Source: an uncultured Acidobacteriota bacterium (GTDB lineage: Bacteria > Acidobacteriota > Vicinamibacteria > Vicinamibacterales > CAVVIG01). From it: a stretch of DNA of 64,000 nucleotides. Where the stretch lies: assembly GCA_963696165.1 (NCBI GenBank), contig CAVOIY010000004.1:44753-108752 (forward strand), in the 5' to 3' direction. The notes beneath the pieces are model-generated. The model did not search any database. It worked only from the letters and a program-made list of their open reading frames with translations, and had not been told where the DNA came from. This document shows, piece by piece, positions 1 to 10,344 of the stretch. Position 1 is the first letter of the stretch, and each line of letters opens with the position of its first letter. A program made the translations under genes and the position numbers.

Positions 1-1
1 G

Positions 2-85
2 ATGCCGATGGATGCGCCGGGCGGGATCCTCGAAGCTTTCATCTCGGGTACCCAGCCCGGCGCGAACATCAACCGGCAGCCATAA
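2..85 (+). CDS. 3' end of an unidentified CDS entering from the left window edge (partial)
   Basis: Frame is open from the edge to TAA 83-85. 22 of 27 third-codon positions are G/C, like the confident genes. 27 aa are too few to name a family. Confidence 0.3.
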   Translation: MPMDAPGGILEAFISGTQPGANINRQP

Positions 86-100
86 CCGAATACCTTTTCA

Positions 101-2231
101 TCACCCCGCTATTGCTGTGCCGTCGAGGTGCGCGCTGGCTGATCGATCAGCCAGGACCTGGAACCAGCTGCGAATCCGTTCGAGGCGATCCACGAGCAGC
201 CACGGCTCGCCGGTGCGCGAGAGATTGTGTCCGGAGCGCGGATAGCGCACGAGCTCGACCGGCACGTTGCGTTTTCTGAGCGCCATGAACCACTGCTCGT
301 TGTCGCTGATCGGCGTGCGGTAATCGTTTTCACCCATCAGAATCAGCGTCGGCGCCTTCACCTTTTCGACGTACGAGATGGGCGACAGCCGGCGATAGAG
401 ATCGCGCTGCTCCCACGGCGCGCCGAAGAAGGCGTGCTCGGTGAGCCCCTGAGCATCGGAACTGCCATACCAGCTCTCCCAGGTCGTGATCGACCGCGCC
501 GTCACGGCGGCGGCCCAGCGATCGGGCACGGTGGCGGTGAGCCAGTTCGTCATGAACCCGCCGTAGCTGCCGCCGGAAATGCCGACGCGGCGCGGGTCTA
601 TGTCGGGGAACTTCGCCAGCGTGGCGTCGACGCCTCCCAGATAGTCTTCCTTGTCCACCTCGCCCCATTTGCCGCGCGTCGCCCACTGGAAGGCATGGCC
701 GTAGCCGGTCGAGCCGCGCGGATTCGTGAACAGCACGAAGAACCCCGACGCCGACAGCATCTGGAACTGATCGAACCAGCCGGTGCCGTACGCGCCGTAC
801 GGTCCGCCGTGGATCTTCAGGATCATCGGGTACTTCTTGCCAGGCGTGTAATCGAGCGGTTTCATCACCCAGCCCTCGACCGACAGGCCGCCGCTCACCT
901 TCCAGGACAGCCGCTCCGCCGGCGCGAGGCGGACGTCCGCTAGCCATTTGTCGTTGAACGAGGTGAGCCGCTGCTCTCCGCTGCCATCGCTCTTGGCGAC
1001 GAAGACCTCGCTCGGGTGCGTGACGTCGTTCTCGATGTACGCGAGTGCCGCGCCGTCTTTCGACGCCGAGAAGTTCGTGAGGTGCCGGTCGCCGCTGGTC
1101 AGTTGCCGCACCGACTTCCCTTGCAGCGAGACCTCGTACAAGTGGTTGTTGCCGTGCAGGCCCGCCGCGAACCGCAGCGCGCGGCCATCGGCTGTCCACA
1201 TCGGCGCCCCCGGAATGTCGTCCCATGACGGCGTGAGATTCTGCGGCTGGCCGCGGAAGAGACCGTCCGGGCCGAGGTCGGCGACCATCAGATCGGTTTC
1301 CTCGCCCTGCTTGGGCGTTCGGAGGAACGCGAGGCGCGTTCCGTCCGGCGAGACGGCGATCTGCGCGTGGGCGCCGTTCGTCGCGGTGAGCTTGCGCGGA
1401 GCGCCGCCTTCGCGTGGCACGGAGTAGATCGCCGTGGACGGATCGCGTCCGAGCACGTTGTCGTCCTGATGTTCATCGCCGGTGAACAGGACCGCCCCGC
1501 TGTCGGCCGACCACACGGCATCCCCCGTATCGAACATCGTCTTTGTGAGCTGCCGCGGCGTACCGCCCTCGGACGGGACGACGAAGATCTGCGTTTTCGG
1601 GTGAATCGACGGATCCGGGAGCAGGTCGAGCGTGCCGTCGCGCTTGTAGTGCACCGATGTGATCACGCGGCCATCGAACCGTTTGGGATCGAGCGTGTGG
1701 CTGTGCGCATCAGGCGCCACCCAGCCCTCGTGCGGATTGCGGGCCTCCCCTTCCTCGGCGGGGGACGGCGATTTTTCGAACGCGATCCACTTGCCGTCGT
1801 GCGACCAGATCGGCGGCGCGGTGACGCCCTCGATGTGATGCGCCTCTCCGCCCGGCTGCGCGACGCGGACGAACCAGACGTCGTTCGGATCCTTTCCGCG
1901 ATGCGACGTAAAGCTGAGCAGCGCTCCATCCGGCGACCAGCGCGGCGCCGATGAGTCGGCGGTCGGATCGCTGAACCTGAACGGCGCGCCGTCAGGCGCT
2001 CCGGCCTTCACCCGCGTCATCCAGATACTCGCGGTGCCGGCGGTTCTCTTTCTCCACGACCGTCGAGACGGTGAAGGCGACGAGGTCACCAGCTGGCGAG
2101 ATCGCAACGTCGCCCGGTACGATCTCCTTGTAGTAATCGGTCGCGACGAAGCCGCGCTTCTGCGCGAGCGCCGAGGCGGCGGCCAGCAGGACAACCAGGA
2201 ACACGCCGGCGGACTGGATGGTGCGTCGCAT
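101..2231 (-). CDS. secreted S9-family serine peptidase (beta-propeller + prolyl-oligopeptidase/acylaminoacyl-peptidase catalytic domain); one frame break near the 5' end
   Basis: ORF 101..2194 has TolB-like propeller repeats (WSPDG.., SPDGTRLAF) and an alpha/beta-hydrolase C-terminus with nucleophile elbow GGSYGGFM. The signal peptide MRRTIQSAGVFLVVLLAAASALA lies in ORF 1992..2234 in another frame, with the junction at about 2035-2043. GGAGG lies 6 nt upstream of ATG 2231. Confidence 0.85.
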
Positions 2232-2241
2232 CACACGCCTC

Positions 2242-4987
2242 CTAGAAATTCACGCGGAAACCGAGCTCGACGCGGCGAGGCGCCGCGCCGTTCGACAGCG
2301 CAGTCGACTGGCCGAAGGTGGACGAGCGAAGATTGCCCGTCGGAAGACCCAGATTTACGTGGTTGGTCAGGTTGAACGCTTCGGCGAAGAGCTCCACTTT
2401 CGTTTTCCTAATCGGCACGAACTTCGACAGCCGCGCGTCGAGCACGAAGTAATTCGGACCGCGCAGCGTATTCCGACCGAGATTGCCGTTGCCGACGAAG
2501 TTCGCATCGTAGGTGGGCTTGCTGAGCGGATCACCCGCTGGCGAAACGAGGTTAGGCCGATCGTTAGTCGTGTTCAGATCCTTGTTGTTGTCGACACCGG
2601 TCGTCACCGTCCACGGCAAGCCCGATCGCGCCGACGCGAGGCCCGCGAGCTGGAAGCCGGCAGGCAGCGCCCAGTTGAAATTGACGACGAGCTGGTGAGT
2701 GCGATCGTTGTTGGCCGGCCCCTTGTCGGCCTCCGGATTGAGTCCATTCATCCAGAAGTACTGGAAGTCTTCGACGTCCCGCAGCGCTCGCGACAGCGTG
2801 TACGCCACGCCGACGCTCGGCCCCCGCTTCGGTCGATATTGGACGTTCGTCAGCAGCGCGGTCGACCACGAACTGCCCTGCATGGCGAACTCGATGATTT
2901 GCCCGAACGCCGGATCCGGGCGGGGGCCGCCGGGAAACGCCGGATAGTTCACGTCGATGTTGTTGAACAGATTGTAGCCGCGGCTGTAGACGCCGTCGGC
3001 CGAGACGGTGAGGCCAGGTCGGATCTCGCGCTGGATGCCGACGCTCGTGCTCGCGGTCTTCGGCGTTTTGGGACTCGGCTGAATGATCGTCTTGCTCGGC
3101 AACGTGGTCGCGAGCGTGCCGCGGGCAAGCGGATCCGGGTAGCCGGGATTGTTGATGATGACGGTCTGCGAATTCTCGGCCGCCACCACGTCGAGCGCCA
3201 CATTGGTGAAGGAGCGATCAGAGTACAAGCCGAAACCGCCGCGGATGGCGGTCTTCGTGTCGTTGAACGGTGCCCAGACGAACCCTAGCCGCGGCTGCAG
3301 GTTCGATCGGTCGTTCGGAATGTTCAGGATGTCGCGATACGACGCCTCGAGATCGTACCGAAGGCCCAGGTTGAGCGTGAGGCCGCCGCCCACACGCCAG
3401 GCGTCCTGCGTAAAGAACGAGTACAGCTCATTCGGCAGGCTGATATTCGGATTGAAGTGCTCCACCTTGTACTGCGTCGGATAGGTCGACAGATCGTTCG
3501 GATCGAACGGCCGGTCTGTCGTGAACGTGAAGCTGCCGTCTCGCGTACGCGGAAAGAAGCTCGACCCCCGGATGATGCTGATGTCGGTGCCGACCTTCAG
3601 GTCGTGCTGACCCTTGGTGATCGAGAAATTCTCCACGAATTGAAATCGATTCTCGGTGCGCCCCTGCGGCAGGTTCACTGCCTTGCCGAAGTTGCCTGAG
3701 GGGCGCGCAATGGCTGGCGTGCCGTCCGGGCTGAAACCGATGGTATCGGTGTTGTTGTATCGCTGACTGACCTGGAAGCGGAACTCGTTCAACGCCTGAT
3801 TGGACAGGACGAACGTGTCCGTGAAGACGCCGTCTTGGTCGCGCGTGATCGAATTGCTGCCGCGATCGTGGGTGTTCAAGCCGCCGATGCCATCGCCTTG
3901 CGTTCGATTGTTGTCGAGGCGGTACCGCGCGCTCACCGAATGGTGCGCGCTCAACTGCGCGTCCGTCTTGATGAAGCCCTGGTGCTCGTCGTTGGGATTC
4001 GAAAATTCACGCTGATCCACTGGCACGTCGGGCGAGGTCACGACTGACGTCTGACGCAGGCGCAGCCCTTCGTACGATCCGAAGTAGAAGAGATGGTCCT
4101 TGACGATCGGGCCGCCGTAGAAATCCGCCGAACCGCTGCTGGCTGAACGGCGCCTTGCCAGACCCTTGCGCGTGCGAGAACGGATCCTGCGCGTCGAGGC
4201 TCTCACTGCGATCGAAGAAGAACGCACGCCCTTCGTTCTTGTTCGTACCCGACCGGGTGACGACGCTGACGATGGCGCCGGACGAAATGCCGTACTCAGC
4301 CGAGAACTGATTCGCGAGCACAACGTATTCGCGGACCGCTTCGAGTGAGAAGCCACCGCGCGAGCTCGAGACGATCGTATCGTCGTTGCTGACGCCGTCG
4401 ACGAGATAAGAGTTATTGCGACTCAACTGTCCCGACGTGTTCACGCCGCCGCCGCCGACGCCCGTCACTCCCGGTGTCATGTTGGCGAGGCTCAGGAAAT
4501 TCCGATCGACCAGCGGGATCGAATCGAGATCTTTGCGACTCACGGTGGTGCCAATCGTGTTGTTGCTCACGTCCACGAGCGGCGCGGCGGCGGTGACTTC
4601 GACCGACTCGGTCACCGTCGCGACCTGCAGCGTGACGTCGATGCGCACCTCCTGACCGGTCGTCAGTGTGATGCCCGCGCGTTTGTAGCTGCCGAAGCCG
4701 GCGAGTTCCGCGCTGACGTCGTACGTGCCTGGGGAGAGCGCGGGCGCACGATAGTAGCCCGCCTGATCGGTGACAACTCTCCGGACGACGCCGGTGTCCA
4801 CGTTGGTGATCGCGACGGTGGTGCCCGGCAACACCGCGTGCTGATCGTCGGTGACGGTACCGAGAAGCGTGGCGCCGATGCTCTGCGCGGCCACCGGCGC
4901 CGCGAGAAGCGCGCCGAGCACGCCGACGATCGCCATCCTCGTCAGCAGCTGCGGCCGTTCTCTGCAGATGGCTGTGTGTGCCGTCAT
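2242..4987 (-). CDS. TonB-dependent receptor with N-terminal carboxypeptidase-regulatory-like domain; one frame break
   Basis: ORF 4007..5038 supplies the signal peptide, a CarboxypepD_reg-like segment (GTVTDDQHAVLPGTTVAITNVDTG..YYRAPALSPGTY) and the plug. ORF 2242..4356 supplies the barrel, ending in the typical terminal ...LGFRVNF. The two join if one T of TTT (minus view, 4121-4123) is removed, giving RFGGFYGGPIVKDHLFYF. AAGGAGG lies 5 nt upstream of ATG 4987. Confidence 0.9.
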
Positions 4988-5162
4988 TCCCGCCTCCTTG
5001 AAGTCGTGCTCCTCAAATGGCGCGCGAACGGCGGCCATAATCGGCGTCCGCTTCAGGAGTTGTCAATTGAAAATGCGGAAGGAGTGTCGCTGATAGGACT
5101 CTAGTGACGGCGATAGGACGCGCCGCGACCGGCAGAGCTGGATCGCGGCGCGCAGACGACCT

Positions 5163-6218
5163 TACTGCGTCGCTGTCGCGCTCTTGATCTTTACCCGCGC
5201 GAGCTTGCCGACGCCGCTTTCCGCCAGCCAGAGATTGCCGCTCTTGTCGATGTCCATGTTGCGCACGGTGCCGCCGCCGCTCGGAATCGGCCAGGTCTGA
5301 AACTTCTTCGTCGACGGGCACGAAGCGCACGAGCACGTTGTGCGTATCCTCGCCGGTCTCGACGTACCAGATGGCGCCGTCGGCGGTCTGGAGAATCGCG
5401 TACGGCTTGGAATCCTCTCCGCCGGGCGACTTGAATTCGTCGACCTTCTTGGTCGCCGGATCGAGGTGACCGAGGTAGCCGCGCGCGTAGTCGCCGTACC
5501 ACACAGTGTCGTCCTTCGCGACCCAGATCCGCCGCGGCCGCGCGCCTTTGTCCGGCAGCGGATACTCGGTGATCTTCATCGTCTTCGGATCGATGCTGGC
5601 GATGTTCGGCGCGTTGAACTCGTCGAAAAAGGCGACCTCTTTCGAGTTGAGCCGAATGCCGTACGGCCGCGCGTTGGCGGTCGGCGGCGAGACGAGCTTG
5701 ATGTTGCCGTTCGGCGCCTTCGGATCGAGCGAGCCGACGAAATTGCCCGCCTGCACGGTGAACAGCATCGTGCCGTCGCTGAGGAAGACCATCGTGTGCG
5801 GATCCGTCGCCTTTGGATTCGGCATCTTGTACTCGGTGATCTTGCCGGTCTTCGGATCGATCTTGCCGATGAGCGCGGCGGCGTTACCCGTGTACCAAAT
5901 GTTGCCGGCCTTGTCGGGTGTGATGCCGTGCGGCCCGGAGTTGGGCGTTGGCAGCGGGTATTCCTTGAACTGCTGCGTGTTCGGATCGAAGCGTCCGACG
6001 ACGTTTGCCCGCTGGCCGGTGTACCAGATCATGCCGTCTGGCGCGACGGCCGGGTCGTGCGGGTACGGCGGTTTGCTCGGCGTGAGCCACTCGTCGATCT
6101 GGACGTCAACGGTATCGGCGATCGCGGCAGCGTGAACGACGCGCGCGCGGCCGGCAAAGACCACGCTGAGGGCGGCGACGCAAACGAGCACAGCGGCGGT
6201 CGTGAGAATCCTGCGCAT
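5163..6218 (-). CDS. secreted Vgb-like (virginiamycin B lyase family) beta-propeller repeat protein; one frame break
   Basis: Signal peptide MRRILTTAAVLVCVAALSVVFA, then repeated ..GPHGITPDKAGNIWYTG.. / ..PYGIRL.. blades. GGAGAG lies just upstream of ATG 6218. Removing one C from CCC (5316-5318) restores ...VRFVPSTKKFQTWPIPSGGGTVRNMDIDKSGNLWLAESGVGKLARVKIKSATATQ*, with TAA at 5163-5165. Confidence 0.8.
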
Positions 6219-6231
6219 ATACTCTCCTCTT

Positions 6232-6795
6232 GTGCGCATTCTAATCCTGACGGCGGTTGTTTTGATCGGCTTGCCGCTCGCGGCCGCCGCGTTCAAGGAA
6301 GGTCCGTATCCGAACGTCACGGGTGGGTTTGGCGAAGCGTCGTGCCACGTCTGCCACCTGGACAATCCTGTGAATGCGCCGGGCGGGACGCTGACGATCG
6401 CCGGCGCGCCGACGAGCTATTCGGCGGGTCAGACCTACAGCGTCACCGTGACGCTCGCGCGCGAAGGGCTGCGTCGCGGTGGATTCGAAATCGCGGCGCG
6501 ATTTGCTTCGGGCGCGCGGCGCGGCCGACAGGCCGGCACCTGGCGCGTGCTGGACGGCCGCGCACAGCTGATTCCGGGTGCGAAGGACCCAAAGCTTACC
6601 TTCGTCCAGCACAACCTCGCGGGATCGCGAGCCGAAACGCGCGGCAGCAACACGTGGACGATCGAGTGGACCGCGCCGTCGCCCGCGTCCGCGCCCGTGC
6701 AGTTCAACGTCGCGGCGAACGCGAGCAACAACGACGACTCGCCGCTCGGCGATTTCATCTACCTCAAGTCCGCGCACGCGCTTCCGCACCGATGA
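6232..6795 (+). CDS. secreted single-CXXCH (putative c-type heme) protein of unknown function
   Basis: Intact ORF 6202..6795. The likely start is GTG 6232 (MRILILTAVVLIGLPLAAAA signal peptide). It has a single CHVCH motif followed by a beta-rich domain ending ...VQFNVAANASNNDDSPLGDFIY. It is divergent from the Vgb-like gene. Confidence 0.7.
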   Translation: MRILILTAVVLIGLPLAAAAFKEGPYPNVTGGFGEASCHVCHLDNPVNAPGGTLTIAGAPTSYSAGQTYSVTVTLAREGLRRGGFEIAARFASGARRGRQAGTWRVLDGRAQLIPGAKDPKLTFVQHNLAGSRAETRGSNTWTIEWTAPSPASAPVQFNVAANASNNDDSPLGDFIYLKSAHALPHR

Positions 6796-6807
6796 CGCGG
6801 CGACTCG

Positions 6808-7308
6808 CTAGAACCCTGGGCAATTCGGGTTCGCGTGGGGCGGCAGGTCGGTGCGGAACAACGCGTTCACCGGCGCGATGGCCACGGTCACATCTTTGGC
6901 CGGGGTCCCTAGCTCGTTGCGTCCGATATGCCCATCGCCGGTGTCAACGAAGCCTTCGCCTGCGGACACAACCTTCGGCGTGCAGTTCGGATCGTCGGCC
7001 TCATAGAAGGTCAGCTGGCCTGTCAGGACCGTAATGAAGACGGGCCCCGGGTGTGTATGCCAACCCGTGGAGGCCGGCATGCCGTTCGTGTAGGGGCCGT
7101 AGTCGTGCGTTTGGACCACCACATCGATGTGCGACTTGGCCTTCGCCTCGAAATCGACAGGCGAGTGCGAGTCCGTCTTGAACTTGAATGGCTCGTAGGT
7201 TCCGCGGCCGATGAGCGTACCTACGACGCCGGACGGCGGCTCGGCCCACGCCACCATTGCGAACGCGAAAACAGCTGCCACGCATAGCGAACCGATTAGT
7301 CTTTTCAT
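6808..7308 (-). CDS. secreted cupin-domain protein
   Basis: Start MKRLIGSLCVAAVFAFAMVAWA (signal peptide), preceded by GGGAGGA. Cupin-like G.H.H.G motif region ..STGWHTHPGPVFITVLTGQLTFYE... The frame is intact. Confidence 0.7.
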   Translation of the reverse strand: MKRLIGSLCVAAVFAFAMVAWAEPPSGVVGTLIGRGTYEPFKFKTDSHSPVDFEAKAKSHIDVVVQTHDYGPYTNGMPASTGWHTHPGPVFITVLTGQLTFYEADDPNCTPKVVSAGEGFVDTGDGHIGRNELGTPAKDVTVAIAPVNALFRTDLPPHANPNCPGF

Positions 7309-7450
7309 CACATCCTCCCAGCGCGTGACGGTACCGGCCGGCGAAGCACCGAGCAACGCGCAAAGAAGAGCAAAGTCGCTCGTTCGTCGTCATTCGTGTT
7401 TACGGGAGGTGGACGAAGGGGCAGAATGGCCCACGGGATTCCGACGATCA

Positions 7451-10339
7451 ATGCCAGATGAGCCTCGTCCCATCACCCGTTTCCCGCGGCAACGTCCGCC
7501 CGGCATTCAGCTCGATTCGTGGAAACAGATCGCCGGGTATTTGAAGAGGCATGTCACGACCGTGCGGCGCTGGGAGCAGCACGAAGGGCTGCCGGTTCAT
7601 CGACACTTTCATTCAAAGCTAGGGTCGATCTATGCGGATTCGAACGAGCTCGACGCCTGGCTGGACACTCGGCGTCCGCCCGATCAGTCTGTAGCGTCGT
7701 CCAACCCGGCGTTCGGACCAGCCGAAATCATCGCGTTCGAGCGATTTTCTCCGCCGCCCGTTCTGCCCTCGTGGCCTGGGTCGTTTATGGGCCGCGACGC
7801 CGAGCTCGCCATCCTTTCGCGAACGTGGGAGGCCGCGCGATCGGGATGCGCGCAACTCGTGCTCGTCACCGGCGAGCCTGGCATCGGGAAGACCAGGCTG
7901 GCGACCGAGTTCGCCCGCACGCTCGGCGATCGCGCGACCGTACTGGCGGGCCGGTGTGAACCGGAAGCGATCGTGCCGTTCGCGCCGTTCATCGAGATAC
8001 TTCGGGCGCTCGTGCGAGCGATGCCGACGGCGAGGCTGCGTCCCTTGCTGAAGAGCATCGATGGTTCTGGCGAGCTCGTCCAACTGATGCCGGATCTCGC
8101 GAAACACGTTCAGTCGCGTCCCTCCGTAGTCACGACTCCCGAAGGACGACGCTTTCGAATGTTCGAGGCGCTGGCGGAGCTGGTGAGCGCGACGTCACTG
8201 CGAAACCCCTTGCTCGTGATGCTCGACGACGTGCACTGGGCCGATCGAGGATCGATGCTGCTCTTACGGCACCTCGTGCGCTCCACGCACGCCGCCGCCA
8301 TTCTGTTCATAGTCGCCTACCGCGAGGCGCCGGTCGACGAGGCGCTTTCGGCCGGAGAAATCCTGAGTCAGCTGTGGCGAGAGCCGTCGGCAGCGCAGAT
8401 CGCGGTTCAAGGGCTCGCCGATGACCACGTCTCCAATCTCATTGCAGCCACGACCGGCCCAGCGACCCCACACTGGATGACAGCCACGGTGGCCGCGAAA
8501 GCCGGAGGCAACCCGTTATTCGTGATCGAGCTGGCAAAACATCTGCTCGAGACGAACGTCGGAAGCGACGCCGTCGATGTCGGACTGCCTGAGACAATCC
8601 GTGATCTGCTCAACCAGCGGTTGCTGCGGCTGAGCGACGCCACGCGCGCGCTTCTCGCGCGCGCATCTGTCGTCGGCCGTCAATTCAACCTGGGGGTCCT
8701 CGAAGGACTTGAGCCCGTGTCGGATGCCGCGACACTCGATGCGCTCGACGAAGCCGTGGCCGCGAGGATCATTGTTGAAGACTCGCGATCGCCGGGCCGG
8801 TTTTCGTTCACGCACGCGCTGATCCGGGAAGTCCTGTTCGGGAGCATGAGCGCGACTCGTCGGGTCCGTCTTCATCATCGGATCGCGCAGGTGATCGAGC
8901 GCCAGTCCGCCGGCAACCTGCCGCTCCCGGAGCTGGCGTACCACTTTGGTCGAGCCGCTTCGTTCTGCGACGCCGAAAAGGCAACCGACTACGCGATCCG
9001 CGCGGGCGATCAGGCACTCGAGACCTTCGCCCTGGAAGACGCGGCGCGCTACTACGAGATGGCGCTGCGATCGCTCGATCGAGCGACCTCTGGGCTGGAG
9101 CTCCAGAATCGTCAGGCGGAGCTGCACGGTAAGCGAGGCCGCAGCTACGTTCAGGCGGGTCAGTGGGCATCGGCGAAAGTGGCATTCGAAGCCGCTCTGG
9201 CCCTCTTGCCTGAATGTGACGACCCGACGCGCGGCGAGCTCCTGGTGAGTCTGGCAGAGACCTCGTTCTGGCTGATGAACGTCGCCGACGTGCGCCGGTT
9301 CGCTGCCGATGCGCACACGCTGGCAGAGCGCATTGGCCGCGACGACCTGGCCGCAGATGCCCTCGCCTGGATGGCGAGCGCGACGGTCTCCGATGGCGAT
9401 GTCGTCGGCGGAATCGAAATCGATCGAACCGCGCTATCGCGCGCCGGCGGCGTGCGGTCGTTCGGATTGGCGAGAGTGCCTCTCACGTTGTATTGGGCCG
9501 GACGGACATCGGAAGCGGTTGAACGCGCCACGCAGGGGGTCGAAACCGCGCGTGCCGGCAACGACTCCGCATTCCTGCTCTATGCGCTCCAGCATTGGGG
9601 CCTGAGCCTCTGCAGCGTGGGCCGGTACGACGAATCGCTGCAGGCCTTCGAGGAAGCACGGGCGGTCGGACGCCGCAGCGGCGCGCTGCCGCTGTTGGCG
9701 CGAGCCATCTCCATGTCCGTGGCGCCGTGGCTGAGCCTCGGCGATCTGGAGAACGCGGCCGCGCGCGCGCATGAAGCGCGGGACCTGGCACGCCGTGTGG
9801 CATTTGAGCCGCCGATGGTGAGCGCCGGACTCGATCTGCTGGTCATCTTTGCGCGCAAACACGATCCGGGATCGGCCGACGCGCTGCTCGACGAGATCGA
9901 CCGCGCCACCCGCGCTGCGCGCGGCTGGCATGCGTGGAAGTGGACGCTTCGGCTGAGTCACGCTCGAAGTGAACTTGCGATCGCGCGCGGTGCGTGGGCC
10001 GAGGCCATTCAGGAAGCCGACCGCGTCGTGGAGCACAGTCGCGCGCGCACGCGCGTGAAGTATGAAGCGCTCGGTCTGGCGCTGCGAGCGGCCGCCAAAC
10101 GGCAGGCTCGGCGGAAGGGTGCCGCCGCCGACGCCGATGCCGCCATCGATGTCGCTCGGCGACTCGACGACCCGGCTGTTCTTCTCCATTGCTTGACGAC
10201 GCGGCTCGAGATCGACGACGCCATCGACGTGCGGGCGGAAGCCCGGGCGACGGTCCAGCGTATGCTCGCCGGCGTTTCGAACGCGGGGCTACGACGAACG
10301 TTCTTAGCAAGCGTGATGTCCGGTGTGGCAACAGTCTGA
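7451..10339 (+). CDS. HTH (excisionase/MerR-like) + AAA/STAND-type ATPase + TPR-like regulator
   Basis: Intact 962-aa frame from ATG 7451. N-terminal ..WKQIAGYLKRHVTTVRRWEQHEGLPVH.., Walker A GEPGIGKT and Walker B-like LLVMLDDVHWAD, then a long helical-repeat C-terminus. The ORF-track 5' extension (7211-7450) overlaps the cupin gene and is not credible. Confidence 0.8.
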   Translation: MPDEPRPITRFPRQRPPGIQLDSWKQIAGYLKRHVTTVRRWEQHEGLPVHRHFHSKLGSIYADSNELDAWLDTRRPPDQSVASSNPAFGPAEIIAFERFSPPPVLPSWPGSFMGRDAELAILSRTWEAARSGCAQLVLVTGEPGIGKTRLATEFARTLGDRATVLAGRCEPEAIVPFAPFIEILRALVRAMPTARLRPLLKSIDGSGELVQLMPDLAKHVQSRPSVVTTPEGRRFRMFEALAELVSATSLRNPLLVMLDDVHWADRGSMLLLRHLVRSTHAAAILFIVAYREAPVDEALSAGEILSQLWREPSAAQIAVQGLADDHVSNLIAATTGPATPHWMTATVAAKAGGNPLFVIELAKHLLETNVGSDAVDVGLPETIRDLLNQRLLRLSDATRALLARASVVGRQFNLGVLEGLEPVSDAATLDALDEAVAARIIVEDSRSPGRFSFTHALIREVLFGSMSATRRVRLHHRIAQVIERQSAGNLPLPELAYHFGRAASFCDAEKATDYAIRAGDQALETFALEDAARYYEMALRSLDRATSGLELQNRQAELHGKRGRSYVQAGQWASAKVAFEAALALLPECDDPTRGELLVSLAETSFWLMNVADVRRFAADAHTLAERIGRDDLAADALAWMASATVSDGDVVGGIEIDRTALSRAGGVRSFGLARVPLTLYWAGRTSEAVERATQGVETARAGNDSAFLLYALQHWGLSLCSVGRYDESLQAFEEARAVGRRSGALPLLARAISMSVAPWLSLGDLENAAARAHEARDLARRVAFEPPMVSAGLDLLVIFARKHDPGSADALLDEIDRATRAARGWHAWKWTLRLSHARSELAIARGAWAEAIQEADRVVEHSRARTRVKYEALGLALRAAAKRQARRKGAAADADAAIDVARRLDDPAVLLHCLTTRLEIDDAIDVRAEARATVQRMLAGVSNAGLRRTFLASVMSGVATV

Positions 10340-10344
10340 CGACG

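Noticed and set aside
7211-7450. 5' extension of the regulator ORF given in the ORF track (start 7211).
   Set aside because: It overlaps the cupin gene on the opposite strand and encodes a low-complexity peptide. The HTH domain begins right after ATG 7451.
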